From NCBI GenBank assembly GCA_049967855.1, contig JBMFRX010000001.1:32001-96000 (forward strand): a stretch of 64,000 bases of DNA. The letters run 5' to 3'. This document shows positions 21,892-31,354 of the stretch, in pieces. Each line of letters opens with the position of its first letter. Position 1 is the first letter of the stretch. Source of the DNA: Caldisericaceae bacterium (GTDB lineage: Bacteria > Caldisericota > Caldisericia > Caldisericales > Caldisericaceae). A program made the translations under genes and the position numbers. The notes under the pieces are model-generated. The model was given only the letters and a program-made list of their open reading frames with translations. It was not told the origin of the DNA and ran no database searches.

Positions 21892-22650
21892 TCACAGTTT
21901 TAATGTCATTCCATCTGTTGCTGCAACCGTTTTTATGCCCAAATCCTGTGTTAGTTTCTCGGCCTGTTCAAAGGGTTTAGCACTGAGCATAGTCATACCA
22001 AAGTGTGTGAGGACTGCTACTTTCGGTTTAATAAGAGTTATTAAGGATTTTGCATCCTCCAAAGAGAGATGTTTTAGGTTAGCCATTGGGGTAAAACGTA
22101 CAACATTCATTATTAGTACATCACTTTTTGAGTAATAATCTGCTAATTCAGGAAAGAATAAAGTATCTATAATGAAAGAAACCGTGACGCTTCCGACCGT
22201 CATTTTAAAACCGTATGTCTCTCACGCATGTTCGTGTTTATAAGCTGTGAATGATATGTCTCCAACACTGTAAGTTTTCTTGTGGCTCAAGATAAATACG
22301 TTTTCAAGGAAAGGGACAAGATAAGGTAATATGACTCGATTTTCTCCAGTTATTGCTTCTCCTGGAGCGAATAACAGGCCTCTCTTCTCGAGGCCTCCAT
22401 CTGTCATTGAGTCAATTATTACGTTTGCATCTGAAGAATGATCGAGGTGAATGTGAGAAAGGATTATGCCATCTATGGACTTTGTATCCATCTTTGGTCT
22501 TGACTTTGCAAGTCTCACGAGTGTTCCAGGACCTGGGTCCATAAGCAATGTTGTTGTATTTGATTTTATTATAGTCCCTGCTGAGTATCGCAACTGTTTT
22601 GCAACTACAAAACGTGCTCCAGCTGTACCAAGGAATTTTATTTTGCTCAT
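21892..22650 (-). CDS. MBL-fold metallo-hydrolase with an in-frame UGA at codon 143 (recoded, pseudogene or sequence error)
   Basis: ORFs 22222-22650 and 21892-22203 are in the same frame. Motifs run FLGTAG, DPGPG, HIHLDH, then HEHA-UGA-ETYGF, DT, KHL, LTHFG. Confidence 0.8.
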
Positions 22651-22982
22651 TTCAGATAATCATAGTGCTCATAATAACCATAGAAATTTCCTTGCGGGTT
22701 CTTAACGCTTCTTACGAATGTACGTTTTGTTGGGCTTTCTCCTTCAAACCATTCATCTTCGCCGCTCTTTAAAACTGCTACAATCTCAATGATTTTTCTT
22801 ATGGATTGTTCACTATTGTGGCAATCGAACACCTTTTTTCCTATTAACGCTTTTCCTCCTCTGTCTTGATATTGCATAGCCCCTTTTTCGTTCATAAATA
22901 CAATTATATGATTTGAATCGATAATTACTAAAGGCTCATCGGTCGTTTGCAATAAACTGTCAATGAATTCAAAATTCTGCAT
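22647..22982 (-). CDS. Stand-alone PAS-domain protein
   Basis: LVIIDSNHIIVFMN...LIGKKVFDCH; ATG at 22982 follows SD GAGGTG; its stop overlaps the MBL start. Confidence 0.75.
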   Translation of the reverse strand: MQNFEFIDSLLQTTDEPLVIIDSNHIIVFMNEKGAMQYQDRGGKALIGKKVFDCHNSEQSIRKIIEIVAVLKSGEDEWFEGESPTKRTFVRSVKNPQGNFYGYYEHYDYLK

Positions 22983-23146
22983 TGTTGTCACCTCTTGCAT
23001 ATTATACGTAAAAGTTCAAAAAATTTTATGATTGCATTGGATTTGTTAACAATTATTAAATCTGATTTTAAGCGTTGTTATTGTTAAAATTGTTTTTGTT
23101 TTTTGAGTATTTGCATATAATATAAAAAAATAATAGGAGGAACGAA

Positions 23147-23911
23147 ATGGCACTAAGTGGAGATTTAAGCGATGTTGACATTAAGACCTTACTAAATTTG
23201 ATTTCGCAAACAAAAGATACCGGTAAGCTTACCATTAAGGATGATTCAAATATTATTAATATTTACTTTAAGGGCGGACATCCTGTGAATGGTGACGGGG
23301 ACAAGACGCCTGTGTCTTCGATCGAAAAAGCTCTCTCCTTTGACAAGGGCTCTTTTGAGTTTGTAAAGATGGACAATGTGCATGAGTCTCCTGAAGCAGG
23401 TAAGATTATGGAAAGTATTGCCAAAATAGATGCCATACGTGACCAGTGGAAAGCACTTAAATCTAAATTTCCTCATTACAATATTATGCTCAATATTGCT
23501 GAAGCCAAAGGAGAAGACGTTCATATGACTGCCGAGGATTGGAATATTCTTTCTCTTATAAGAGTTCCGATTAGCCTTTTGGAGCTTGTAAAACAATCAC
23601 CTTATGGAGAGTTGAAGACTCTAACAATACTTTCTGATATTCTTGACAAGAAGCTAATATCCATTACGTTGGTTAGAGATGATGCGCTACTTCCTGAAGA
23701 TGCGATAATTCCTATAAAGGAATCTGGCTATTTTGCTGCGAATGCACCTATCTATGGCGAGCATAATATGGAATTTTACAAGCATATTGATAATAGAAAG
23801 GATTTTGAAACCATCTGTAAGGAAATGAAAATCACCTTTGCAGAGGGAAGAGAGATAATACGTTACTTAACCTCTCAGGGGAAGATATCTGTTAGGAAGA
23901 AGGGAAGGTAA
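23147..23911 (+). CDS. DUF4388 (PatA N-terminal-like) domain protein
   Basis: MALSGDLSD..LL..I....TGKL...IYF.GG....GSFEF; paralog of 56350-56880. Confidence 0.78.
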   Translation: MALSGDLSDVDIKTLLNLISQTKDTGKLTIKDDSNIINIYFKGGHPVNGDGDKTPVSSIEKALSFDKGSFEFVKMDNVHESPEAGKIMESIAKIDAIRDQWKALKSKFPHYNIMLNIAEAKGEDVHMTAEDWNILSLIRVPISLLELVKQSPYGELKTLTILSDILDKKLISITLVRDDALLPEDAIIPIKESGYFAANAPIYGEHNMEFYKHIDNRKDFETICKEMKITFAEGREIIRYLTSQGKISVRKKGR

Positions 23912-25043
23912 AAACCTGCATTGCCTGATTTGCAAAGAGCAGCCCGTTAGCCGTTAACCTGATACTATCTTTGCTTTCTGCGATTAGTTTTTGTGATTTC
24001 AGTAGTGCTATTTCAACTTCGAAGTCGCTGTTAATAAGTGTTCCGAAGCGTTCATAGTATCTCTGCTTGCTAACACCTTTAAGCAGTCTCAGCCCCAATA
24101 TTATAAATTCTCCTTTTTGTCTCTTTCCTTTCAGATTTTCACTGAACGTAATTGGTAGCCTGCCTTGGTCAATAAAATCAAAGTACTTTGTGAGGTTCAC
24201 TGTGTTCTTGTGTCTCTTTCTTCCAAAAAATGTTACTGCAGATAAACCAAAACCAACGTAGGGCAAGCCGAACCAGTAAACCAGGTTATGTTCTGAAAAG
24301 CGATTCTGCTTTGCGAAATTTGATATCTCGTACTGTGTAAACCCGTTGTCTTTGAGTATTCTTGCTCCGACCTTGTATTCTCTGCTTATGGTTTGTTCGT
24401 GAGGTAATTGCAAAGAGCTCCTCAATTTGCTGAACTGGGTTCCTCTTTCTATTGTAAGTGAGTAATAGGAAATGTGCTCAGGTTGCAATGCTATTGCCTC
24501 TTGCAGTGAGTACATATCTTCCTCGAAACTCTCATTTGGAAGTCCGAACATCAAATCAATGTTAATATTTTCAAAACCAACTTTCCTGAGAATGTCGAAA
24601 GATTCATAGATTCTTTTAGCATCGTGAATCCTGCCAAGCACTTTGAGCAAGTCATCTTCAAAAGATTGTGCTCCAATGCTAACCCTGTTAACTCCAAGAT
24701 ATCTGTACTCTCTGAATTTTGCTTCGCTCACCGTTTCAGGGTTTGCCTCCAAAGTGAACTCGATTAGACTCGAAAAATCAAAGAAGATTTTGAGTTTTTC
24801 TACAATGGCGCTCAGTTCATTTGGTGCCATAAGGGAGGGCGTTCCGCCACCGATGTAGAGTGTCCTTAGGGGTATCTTTGACTGGGGGAACTGATTGAAG
24901 AATATCTCAATTTCCCTGTTCAAATAACTGACATACTCAGATGAGTTTCCTTTGTATTGAAAAGATGTAAAGTCGCAGTAGTTGCACTTCCTTATGCAGA
25001 ATGGAAAATGCATATAAACTGCAATTCCTCTGTTTTTATTCAC
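23892..25043 (-). CDS. hemW: Radical SAM heme chaperone HemW/HemN-like
   Basis: YMHFPFCIRKCNYCDF, GGGTPS, YEISNF, HNLVYW. Confidence 0.9.
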   Translation of the reverse strand: MNKNRGIAVYMHFPFCIRKCNYCDFTSFQYKGNSSEYVSYLNREIEIFFNQFPQSKIPLRTLYIGGGTPSLMAPNELSAIVEKLKIFFDFSSLIEFTLEANPETVSEAKFREYRYLGVNRVSIGAQSFEDDLLKVLGRIHDAKRIYESFDILRKVGFENINIDLMFGLPNESFEEDMYSLQEAIALQPEHISYYSLTIERGTQFSKLRSSLQLPHEQTISREYKVGARILKDNGFTQYEISNFAKQNRFSEHNLVYWFGLPYVGFGLSAVTFFGRKRHKNTVNLTKYFDFIDQGRLPITFSENLKGKRQKGEFIILGLRLLKGVSKQRYYERFGTLINSDFEVEIALLKSQKLIAESKDSIRLTANGLLFANQAMQVFTFPSS

Positions 25044-25053
25044 TCGTGTCTTT

Positions 25054-26865
25054 TCAGTCTTTTTTTTCGCCTTTAGTCGACAATATAGAGAAGAAAGCCT
25101 CTTGAGGGATGCTAACTTCGCCGATTTGCTTCATCCGTTTCTTTCCTTCTTTCTGTTTCTCTAATAGCTTTCTCTTTCGCGTCACATCGCCGCCATAACA
25201 CTTTGCAAGAACATCTTTCCTGAATGGGACGACACGTTCCTTTGCTATTATTTTTGCTCCAATTGCAGCCTGCAGACTTACTTCAAACATCTGTCTTGGT
25301 ATTACCTTTCTCATTCGCTCAAGTATTTTTCTTCCGGTTTCTGTGGCTTTATCTCTGTGGGACATAAAAGAAAGTGCGTCAACTGGCTTTTTGTTTATCA
25401 GGACGTCAACTTTTACTATATCTGCTGCCTTGAAGCCTCTCAGTTCGTAATCAAGTGTGCCATAGCCTTTTGTAACAGATTTCAGCTTGTCAAAAAAATC
25501 TGTTACAATTTCAGCAAGAGGCACTTCAAATTTAATGATAGTTCTTTTTGATTCCGGGTAGACCATTTCTTTGTAGGTTGCCCTTCTTGTATTGAGCAAA
25601 TCCATCACGTTCCCTATGAACTCAGGAGGAGTCATAATTGATGCCTCAACAATCGGCTCTCTTATTTCGATTATATTGTTTTCTTCGGGAAATTTCCCTG
25701 GGTTATCTATTATTACAGTTTTTCCGTTTTTAAGAACAACTTCATACTCTACGTTGGGGAAGGTTGCAATGATTTCCTGTCCAAATTCAAGCTTGAGTCT
25801 TTCGACAGTAATTTCCATATGCAGGAGTCCTGAAAAGCCACACCTAAACCCGAAACCAAGCGCATCAGAGCTTTCTGGCTCGAAAGTGAAGGCTGGGTCG
25901 TTCAAATGGAGCTTCTCCAGAGATTTCTTTAGATTTTCAAATTCATTTGTGTTTATGGGGAAAATACCTGCAAATACCATTGGAATATTTTTTCTGAAAC
26001 CAGGAATCGGTACTCTTGCGGGATTCTCTGTTGTAGTTACCGTATCGCCAATATGAACATCAAGAGGATCTCTTATGATTGCGGTAAAGTAGCCTACTTC
26101 ACCTGCAGAGAGCTCATTAACTTCTTCCATTCGCAATTTGAAAACGCCAACTTCTTCCACCTCGAATTCCTTGCCTTGCGACATAAATTTTACTTTTTGA
26201 TGCGGCTGGATGATACCATCTTTTATACGGGTGTACACGACCACACCCTTGTATGTGTCAAAATGGGAGTCGAAAACCAATCCTCTTAAAGGCTCTCTGG
26301 TGCTGCCATCAGGAGGGGGAATCCTCTCAATGATTGCTTCAATTAAATCGTCTAGTCCTTCCCCACTCTTTGCACTAATTTTCAGGATTTCATCCTTTTT
26401 GAAACCAAGTATTTCAGATATTTCATCCTCTGTTCCTGAAATGTCGGCGTCTTTTACGTCTATTTTGTTGATGACTGGGATAATGGCCAGGTCATTTTCA
26501 ATCGCAAGGTAGGTGTTGGCAATTGTTTGAGCTTCTACCCCCTGAGTAGCATCAACAAGGAGCACGGTGCCCTCGCATGCTTTTAAGCTTCTTGATACCT
26601 CGTAATTAAAGTCAACGTGGCCTGGGGTATCTATCAAATTGAACTGGTAGACAGTTCTATCTCTGGCCTTGATTGATAGAGTTACTGGATGTGAGCGTAT
26701 TGTAATTCCTCTTTCTTTCTCCAGTTTCATACTATCGAGTACCTGGCCCTGAGTCGACGAGAAAAGAAGGCCGCCTCTCTCAAGAAATCTATCTGCAAGT
26801 GTAGATTTGCCGTGGTCAATGTGTGCAATAATTGAAAAGTTTCTTATAAGGTTATTTTGCTGCAA
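25054..26865 (-). CDS. lepA: Elongation factor 4
   Basis: AHIDHGKSTLAD, DTPGHVDF, CYGGDVTRKRKLLEKQKEGKKRMK. Confidence 0.97.
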   Translation of the reverse strand: MQQNNLIRNFSIIAHIDHGKSTLADRFLERGGLLFSSTQGQVLDSMKLEKERGITIRSHPVTLSIKARDRTVYQFNLIDTPGHVDFNYEVSRSLKACEGTVLLVDATQGVEAQTIANTYLAIENDLAIIPVINKIDVKDADISGTEDEISEILGFKKDEILKISAKSGEGLDDLIEAIIERIPPPDGSTREPLRGLVFDSHFDTYKGVVVYTRIKDGIIQPHQKVKFMSQGKEFEVEEVGVFKLRMEEVNELSAGEVGYFTAIIRDPLDVHIGDTVTTTENPARVPIPGFRKNIPMVFAGIFPINTNEFENLKKSLEKLHLNDPAFTFEPESSDALGFGFRCGFSGLLHMEITVERLKLEFGQEIIATFPNVEYEVVLKNGKTVIIDNPGKFPEENNIIEIREPIVEASIMTPPEFIGNVMDLLNTRRATYKEMVYPESKRTIIKFEVPLAEIVTDFFDKLKSVTKGYGTLDYELRGFKAADIVKVDVLINKKPVDALSFMSHRDKATETGRKILERMRKVIPRQMFEVSLQAAIGAKIIAKERVVPFRKDVLAKCYGGDVTRKRKLLEKQKEGKKRMKQIGEVSIPQEAFFSILSTKGEKKD

Positions 26866-29308
26866 CAGTAATTTTCTCCTTCTCTACGGTTATTCTGTCT
26901 TCTTGGGGGTTAAAATCAATCACTACGGTATCTCCTTCTTTGAAATTACCTGAAAGAATCTCTATTGCAATGGTATCCTCAACCTCTTTCTCTATAAGTC
27001 TTTGCAAAGGACGGGCTCCGTACTCCGTGCTGTAACCCTTTCTTGCAAGATAATCTTTTGCCTTCTCTGTTAAATTTATCCTGATGTCATTTTCAGAAGC
27101 ATTTTTCTGAACCTTACTCATCAGTACATCAACTATCTGCTTAATCTCATCCATTGTAAGTGGGTAGAAAACAATTATGTCATCAAGGCGGTTAAGAAAT
27201 TCTGGTTTGAATATTCCCTTAAGAGAGGCAATAAGCTTCTTCTTTTTTTCCTCGAAAGACCGTTCACCCTCTGAAAGCTCGAATCCCATAGATTTTTCTT
27301 TGAACGATTCTGTGCCGAAATTTGACGTGAGTATGATAACGGTGTTTTTGAAATCAACTGTCCTGCCTTGTGAGTCAGTAAGTCTGCCTTCATCCATTAT
27401 CTGCAAGAGTATGTCGTAAATGTCTGGATGGGCTTTTTCAATTTCATCAAATAGCACCACAGAATAAGGCTTTCTTCTTACGGCTTCGGTGAGTTGGCCA
27501 CCCTCTTCGTAGCCAACGTATCCTGGCGGAGAGCCAATCAACCTTGAAACAGCAAACTTTTCCATATATTCAGACATATCAAGTCTTATCATTGTTGTCT
27601 CATTACCAAACATAAATTCTGCAAGAGTTTTTGCAAGTTCTGTTTTACCTACACCAGTAGGACCGAGAAAAAGGAAAGTACCAATCGGTTTGCTCGGATT
27701 CTTTAACCCTGAGCGAGCTCTTCTTATAGCCCTTGATACGGCAGCAACTGCTTCATTCTGGCCAATAATCCTCTTGTGTAATTCAGATTCCATATTTACG
27801 AGCCTTGACTTTTCATCCTGAACGAGCTTTTCAATTGGTACTTTTGTCCAGAGAGATACCACTCTCCTGACATTTTCTTCTGTCAATTGAGGGTACTCTT
27901 CATTAGTCTCAGACATAAGTTCCTTTAGTTTACCGAGAAGGTCTTTTTCTTCTTGCCGCAGTTTTTCAGCTTCAAAGAGTTTTTTGTCTCTAATTGCCTG
28001 GAATTTTTCCTCTTTTATTTCTCTTATTCTTTTTTCAATTGCACGTGTTTCAGAGGTTTTCGAAAGCCTGAGCTTCAAACGTGCAGCAGCTTCGTCAATT
28101 ACATCAATCGCTTTATCTGGAAGGAATCTGTCGTTTATGTACTTTACAGAAAGTTTTACGGCGCTTTCAATTGCTTCGTCGGTGATTCTTACTCCATGGA
28201 ATTTCTCATATTTTTCTCTTATGCCTTTTAAAATTTCAATGCTTTCCTGGATTGAAGGTTCATTAACGAAAATTGGCTGGAACCTCCTTTCAAGGGCAGC
28301 ATCCTTTTCTATGTATTTTCTGTATTCTTTTAGTGTTGTTGCGCCAATTACCTGTACTTCTCCGTTTGTGAGTGATGGCTTGAGAATATTAGATGCGTCA
28401 ATTGCTCCCTCTGCTGCACCAGCACCAACGATTGTGTGGAATTCATCAATGAAGAGTATTACGCTACCCTGTGTCTTTGAGACTTCTTTAAGGATTTTCT
28501 TCATTCTTTCTTCGAATTCTCCCCTATACTTTGTTCCAGCAATAATGGAGGCAAGGTCAAGGGAAACAATCCTTTTTCCTTTCAAAAGGTCAGGGACATC
28601 TCCTTCGGCAATTCTCTCTGCAAGCCCTTCAACGATTGAAGTTTTCCCAACTCCTGGGTCTCCCACAATTGCGGGGTTATTCTTTTTTCGTCTGAGCAAA
28701 ATCTCGATTACCCTTTCTATTTCTGCATCTCTTCCGATAACAGGGTCAAGTTCTTTTCTTGAGGCCATAAGTGTCAAATCACGTGAAAATTGGTCAAGCG
28801 TAGGGGTTTTTGTCTGGGTAAAAGATGTGAACCCTTTGTTAGGTTCTTTTGAGGTCTTTTCTCCAATCATTGAATAGATTGATTCCTCGAATTTGGCAAG
28901 GTCAATTCCATTGTCGGTGAGGATTTTGATTGCAACTCCGCCTCCCTCGTGTATTATTGCAAGCAGAATGTGCTCTGTGCTTATATAAGTGTCTCCAAGG
29001 TTAACGGCTTCTCTTTCTGCCAGTTCCAAAACTCTCTTTGCCCTGGGAGTGAGAATCACTTCCTCTTCCTTATACGAATCTGCGGCATTATGTTTCTGCT
29101 CTTTTATGAAGGACTCTATTTGTGTAATAATTTCTTCTGGATCAACTCCCATATTTTCAATGACTTTATATGCAACTCCTTCCTCGATTTTTATGAGACC
29201 AAGCAGGAGGTGTTCAGTGCCAAGATAATCGTTTCTAAGGCTGTGGGCTTCCTCTTGGGCAATAAGGATTGCTCTTTGGGCCCTTTCAGTTAAATTGTTC
29301 CAGTTCAT
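26852..29308 (-). CDS. clpC: ATP-dependent Clp protease ATPase ClpC
   Basis: Two Clp-N repeats, GDPGVGKT, short UVR-like middle region, GPTGVGKT, YGARPL. Confidence 0.93.
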   Translation of the reverse strand: MNWNNLTERAQRAILIAQEEAHSLRNDYLGTEHLLLGLIKIEEGVAYKVIENMGVDPEEIITQIESFIKEQKHNAADSYKEEEVILTPRAKRVLELAEREAVNLGDTYISTEHILLAIIHEGGGVAIKILTDNGIDLAKFEESIYSMIGEKTSKEPNKGFTSFTQTKTPTLDQFSRDLTLMASRKELDPVIGRDAEIERVIEILLRRKKNNPAIVGDPGVGKTSIVEGLAERIAEGDVPDLLKGKRIVSLDLASIIAGTKYRGEFEERMKKILKEVSKTQGSVILFIDEFHTIVGAGAAEGAIDASNILKPSLTNGEVQVIGATTLKEYRKYIEKDAALERRFQPIFVNEPSIQESIEILKGIREKYEKFHGVRITDEAIESAVKLSVKYINDRFLPDKAIDVIDEAAARLKLRLSKTSETRAIEKRIREIKEEKFQAIRDKKLFEAEKLRQEEKDLLGKLKELMSETNEEYPQLTEENVRRVVSLWTKVPIEKLVQDEKSRLVNMESELHKRIIGQNEAVAAVSRAIRRARSGLKNPSKPIGTFLFLGPTGVGKTELAKTLAEFMFGNETTMIRLDMSEYMEKFAVSRLIGSPPGYVGYEEGGQLTEAVRRKPYSVVLFDEIEKAHPDIYDILLQIMDEGRLTDSQGRTVDFKNTVIILTSNFGTESFKEKSMGFELSEGERSFEEKKKKLIASLKGIFKPEFLNRLDDIIVFYPLTMDEIKQIVDVLMSKVQKNASENDIRINLTEKAKDYLARKGYSTEYGARPLQRLIEKEVEDTIAIEILSGNFKEGDTVVIDFNPQEDRITVEKEKITVAAK

Positions 29309-29438
29309 ATCATCATCTCCTATACTATTTTAGCATAATTTGACTAACTTGGAAATACAAAGCTTTATTATGGTTTGCTTGGCTTTTATTTTAAGCTTTT
29401 TATGGTAAAATATAAAAGCGATAATCCAAGGAGGAAAA

Positions 29439-31346
29439 ATGATTAATGACGAATATAATGCAAGTAGCTTAAAAGTGCTTGAAGGCCTCGAACATGTTCG
29501 CAAGAGACCATCAATGTATATAGGTTCAACTGGCGAAAGCGGTTTGCACCATTTAGTTTTTGAAGTTGTTGATAATAGCATCGACGAGGCTATGGCTGGC
29601 TTCTGCACAGAAATCGCCGTATCAATGAATAAAGACGGTACAGTTACAGTCAAGGACAATGGAAGAGGAATACCAACTGACCTTCACCCGCAGTTAAATA
29701 TATCGGGAGTTGAAGTTGCCTTGACAAAACTCAATGCAGGTGGCAAATTTGATAACAAAGTCTATCATGTCTCAGGAGGGCTGCATGGAGTTGGAGTCTC
29801 AGTAGTAAATGCTCTCTCGGAGCATCTTGTTGTAAGGGTGACAAGAGATGGGCATGTGTATATACAAGAGTTTGCGAGGGGGATACCTGTGTATCCTTTG
29901 AAAATGGAAGATATTGCTCCAGCTGGTGCTCAAGGAACAGAGATTACTTTTAAGCCAGACAATGAGATTTTTGAGTCAATTGAATTTAAAGATTCTATAA
30001 TAAAGCCCAAGCTTAGAGAGCTTGCTTATTTGAACCGCGGCATAAAGATCAAGTTTGTAAATGAGTATACTGGGCAAGAAGAGCTATTTTTTTCTGAAGA
30101 CGGCATTAAGGGTTTTGTTAGAGAACTCAACGAAGGGTCTCAAGTGATGCCTCAGGAACCCATTTATTTTTCTGGGCAAGAAGAGGAGTTTTTTCTTGAG
30201 GTAGCGCTTCAGTACAACAGTGGCTTTGCGTCAAATGTACTTTCTTTTGTTAACAACATTCACACAATTGAGGGTGGAACTCATGACATAGGATTTAAGA
30301 CCGCAATTACAAAGGTAGTTAATGACGAAGCGCACGAGTTAAATCTGTTGAAAGAAGACGACCTTCTTACTGGAGATGATGTAAGAGAAGGGCTCGTTGC
30401 CGTTATAAATGTGAGGATGCTTAACCCGCAATTTGAAGGGCAGACTAAAGCTAAATTGGGAAATAGCGAAGCGAAGGGAATTGTTGCAAATATCACAAAA
30501 ACCCAACTTACTACTTATTTTGATAAACATCCAGGTGAATTAAAGGACATACTGAAGAAAGCACTGCTTGCACAAAATGCACGCATAGCTGCAAGGAAAG
30601 CAAAAGAGCTTATCAGAAGGAAAGGAGCATTGGATTTTTCTGGAAGGCTTCCTGGGAAACTCGCTGATTGTTCTGCTAACGATCCGTCGCAGGCAGAAAT
30701 TTACATCGTGGAAGGAGAGTCCGCTGGTGGAAGCGCCAAGCAGGCTCGTGACAGGAAATTTCAAGCAGTGTTGCCTTTGAGAGGAAAGATACTGAATGTG
30801 GAGAAAGTGAATATGGCACATGCTCTCGAAAGCGAGGAAATTAAAAATCTCATCACTTCCCTCGGTTGTGGTATCAAAGAGGATTTCAAGACAGAGAACC
30901 TTAGATACCATAAGGTTGTGATTATGACAGATGCCGATGTTGACGGTGCGCACATAAGAATTTTGCTTCTCACTTTCTTCTTCAGGTATATGAGAGAATT
31001 GATTACAGAGGGTTATTTGTATATCGCACAGCCGCCTCTCTACAGAATTGGTTATGGCAAGGCAATTAACTATGCGTATTCCGACGAGGAGCTGAAGAGA
31101 GTTATTGACAAATTGGCTGATCCATCAAAGGCGGACATACAGCGCTACAAAGGTTTAGGCGAAATGGATCCAGAACAGCTTTGGGAAACTACTATGGACC
31201 CTTCGAGAAGAGTTATACTCAGAGTTAATATAAGTGATGCCGAGGAGGCAAACAGGATTTTTGATCTCCTTATGGGCAGCAATGTCGAACCGCGAAGAAA
31301 ATTCATCGAAGAGCATGCGCGGGAAGTTGTAAATCTTGATATTTGA
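29439..31346 (+). CDS. gyrB: DNA gyrase subunit B
   Basis: EVVDNSIDE, GGLHGVG, EGESAGG, TDADVDG, QRYKGLGEM. Confidence 0.95.
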   Translation: MINDEYNASSLKVLEGLEHVRKRPSMYIGSTGESGLHHLVFEVVDNSIDEAMAGFCTEIAVSMNKDGTVTVKDNGRGIPTDLHPQLNISGVEVALTKLNAGGKFDNKVYHVSGGLHGVGVSVVNALSEHLVVRVTRDGHVYIQEFARGIPVYPLKMEDIAPAGAQGTEITFKPDNEIFESIEFKDSIIKPKLRELAYLNRGIKIKFVNEYTGQEELFFSEDGIKGFVRELNEGSQVMPQEPIYFSGQEEEFFLEVALQYNSGFASNVLSFVNNIHTIEGGTHDIGFKTAITKVVNDEAHELNLLKEDDLLTGDDVREGLVAVINVRMLNPQFEGQTKAKLGNSEAKGIVANITKTQLTTYFDKHPGELKDILKKALLAQNARIAARKAKELIRRKGALDFSGRLPGKLADCSANDPSQAEIYIVEGESAGGSAKQARDRKFQAVLPLRGKILNVEKVNMAHALESEEIKNLITSLGCGIKEDFKTENLRYHKVVIMTDADVDGAHIRILLLTFFFRYMRELITEGYLYIAQPPLYRIGYGKAINYAYSDEELKRVIDKLADPSKADIQRYKGLGEMDPEQLWETTMDPSRRVILRVNISDAEEANRIFDLLMGSNVEPRRKFIEEHAREVVNLDI

Positions 31347-31354
31347 GGTGATTA

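Noticed and set aside
27984..28877. 297-aa ORF antisense to clpC
   Set aside because: Codon-register shadow of a conserved gene, with no independent motifs.
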